From Dongiaceae bacterium (GTDB lineage: Bacteria > Verrucomicrobiota > Verrucomicrobiia > Limisphaerales > JAFMIX01): 60,091 nt of DNA. Location of the stretch: the NCBI GenBank assembly GCA_035492855.1, contig DATJIU010000015.1:1-60091 (forward strand). The letters are read 5' to 3'. Positions within the stretch are counted from its first letter, which is position 1, and each line of letters opens with the position of its first letter. The notes under the pieces are model-generated. The model was not told the origin of the DNA, made no database searches, and saw only the letters and a list, made by a program, of their open reading frames with translations. This document shows, one piece after another, positions 58,911-60,091 of the stretch. The position numbers and the translations under genes were made by a program.

Positions 58911-60091
58911 ATGATGAAACAATTGAAATGCATCCTTGTCCTGGGCGCCCTGCTTGTTGCGGCCGTTGGTTCCGCCGCAGTGCTACCCCAAAAACTTCGC
59001 TGTGAATACCGCGTCGATCCCCTGGGGATTGATGTCATCCAGCCCCGGCTGAGCTGGATTGTCACCTCGGCAGAACGCGGCGAGCGGCAGACGGCGTACC
59101 AAATTCTGGTCGCCTCTTCGCCGCAGTTGTTGCGCAAGGACCAGGGCGATTTGTGGGACAGCGGGCAAGTGACGTCGGATGAAAACACCCAGGTGGTTTA
59201 CGCCGGTAAGCCGCTGGAATCCCGGGAAGGTTGCTTCTGGAAAGTTCGCATCTGGGATGCTGCCGGGAAGTGTCAGGGTTGGAGCCCGGTGGCCGGATGG
59301 ACGATGGGCTTGCTGCAACCGGGGGACTGGTCGGCCCAGTGGATCAGCGCCACAGCGGTGGCCGCGGCAAAATCCCCGCTGGTGATTCAGCACGCCAGCT
59401 ACGAGGCGGTTGATGGCTCGGGTGCCGTGGATGTCACCGCCACGCTGGCCGCAAGGGTGCAGGACAATCACCTGATCGTGGAGGTGAATAACAAAAGTCT
59501 GGGGGCGGATCCCGTGCCGAATGTGCACAAGCGCTTGGTGGTGGACTACCTCTCGGACGGCCAGCGGCATCATCAAGTTGTCAAGGAAACCGAGACGCTC
59601 GCGTTGCCGGAAGGTATTAATGCCTTGCGTTACCTGCGCAAACCCTTTGCCCTGAAATCATCCGTCAAACACGCCGTGCTCTATGCCAGTGCGTTGGGCC
59701 TTTACGAAGTGCATCTCAACGGCCAGCGGGTGGGGGATCACATTTTGGCGCCGGACTGGACTGATTACCGCAAACGCGTGCAGTACCAGACCTATGATGT
59801 CACGGCGCTCGTGAAATCCGGCGACAACGCCATGGCAGCGTTGCTGGCCAATGGCTGGTATAGCGGCCACATCGGCAATGGCGGTTTTCAATTCTTCGGG
59901 CGTACCCCCGCGTTTCTGGCCCAGCTGGAAGTGACCTATGCGGATGGTGCCACGGAACGGATTGTCACCGATCCATCCTGGCGCGCCCAAGCCAGCCCAG
60001 TGCTTTCCTCCGATTTTATGATGGGGGAAGATTATGATGCCCGCAGGGAACTGCCCGGGTGGGACCAACCAGGATTGGATGAAAGCCGGTG
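58911..60091 (+). CDS. alpha-L-rhamnosidase (GH78), 3' end truncated by the window edge
   Basis: Not in the ORF track because it has no stop in the window. MMKQLKCILVLGALLVAAVGSA signal, then LRCEYRVDPLGIDVIQPRLSW, DLWDSG, CFWKVRIWD, and YEVHLNGQRVGDHILAPDWTDY. Strongly similar to the core of 52551-57752. Confidence 0.85.
   Translation, partial: MMKQLKCILVLGALLVAAVGSAAVLPQKLRCEYRVDPLGIDVIQPRLSWIVTSAERGERQTAYQILVASSPQLLRKDQGDLWDSGQVTSDENTQVVYAGKPLESREGCFWKVRIWDAAGKCQGWSPVAGWTMGLLQPGDWSAQWISATAVAAAKSPLVIQHASYEAVDGSGAVDVTATLAARVQDNHLIVEVNNKSLGADPVPNVHKRLVVDYLSDGQRHHQVVKETETLALPEGINALRYLRKPFALKSSVKHAVLYASALGLYEVHLNGQRVGDHILAPDWTDYRKRVQYQTYDVTALVKSGDNAMAALLANGWYSGHIGNGGFQFFGRTPAFLAQLEVTYADGATERIVTDPSWRAQASPVLSSDFMMGEDYDARRELPGWDQPGLDESR

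Overview
This 60,091-bp window looks like a high-GC chromosomal segment. The gene content suggests a PVC-type bacterium, probably Verrucomicrobiota, but that is inference from the mix of families and no search was run.

I called 47 protein-coding genes (two truncated by the window edges), one tRNA-Pro(GGG), three terminator-like hairpins and one repeated non-coding motif. I saw no rRNA, CRISPR array, transposase, integrase or phage gene.

Content falls into four groups:
- Housekeeping: rnhB, gnd, rseP-ispG, the HIT-phoH-ybeY-DUF502-recO string, and a 2-oxoacid dehydrogenase E1a/E1b/E2 set.
- Phosphorelay signalling, which is unusually dense: four hybrid histidine kinases, one REC-HPt-REC protein and one LuxR-type regulator. 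Together these carry about 13 receiver domains and 4 HPt domains.
- An AraC-linked carbonyl/ester-detox and glycosidase cluster at 26.5-35.4 kb, with visibly more AT-rich genes embedded in it.
- A rhamnosidase (GH78) locus at 52.5-60.1 kb.

Best candidates for an uncharacterised system:
1. A tightly packed YHS / DinB / VTT(DedA)-ATP-grasp fusion / NRDE(TANGO2) four-gene module (36.5-40.0 kb).
2. A TolC - two PhnD-like binding proteins - two hybrid kinases operon with no transporter components (40.0-48.8 kb).
3. A 42-nt non-coding block (34/42 identical) present upstream of both the giant GH78 gene and the orphan LuxR regulator.
4. A 1.1-kb GC-rich gap with no credible gene (35.4-36.5 kb).

None of these is demonstrably novel from sequence alone. 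All protein calls rest on motifs I recognise by eye in the supplied translations.
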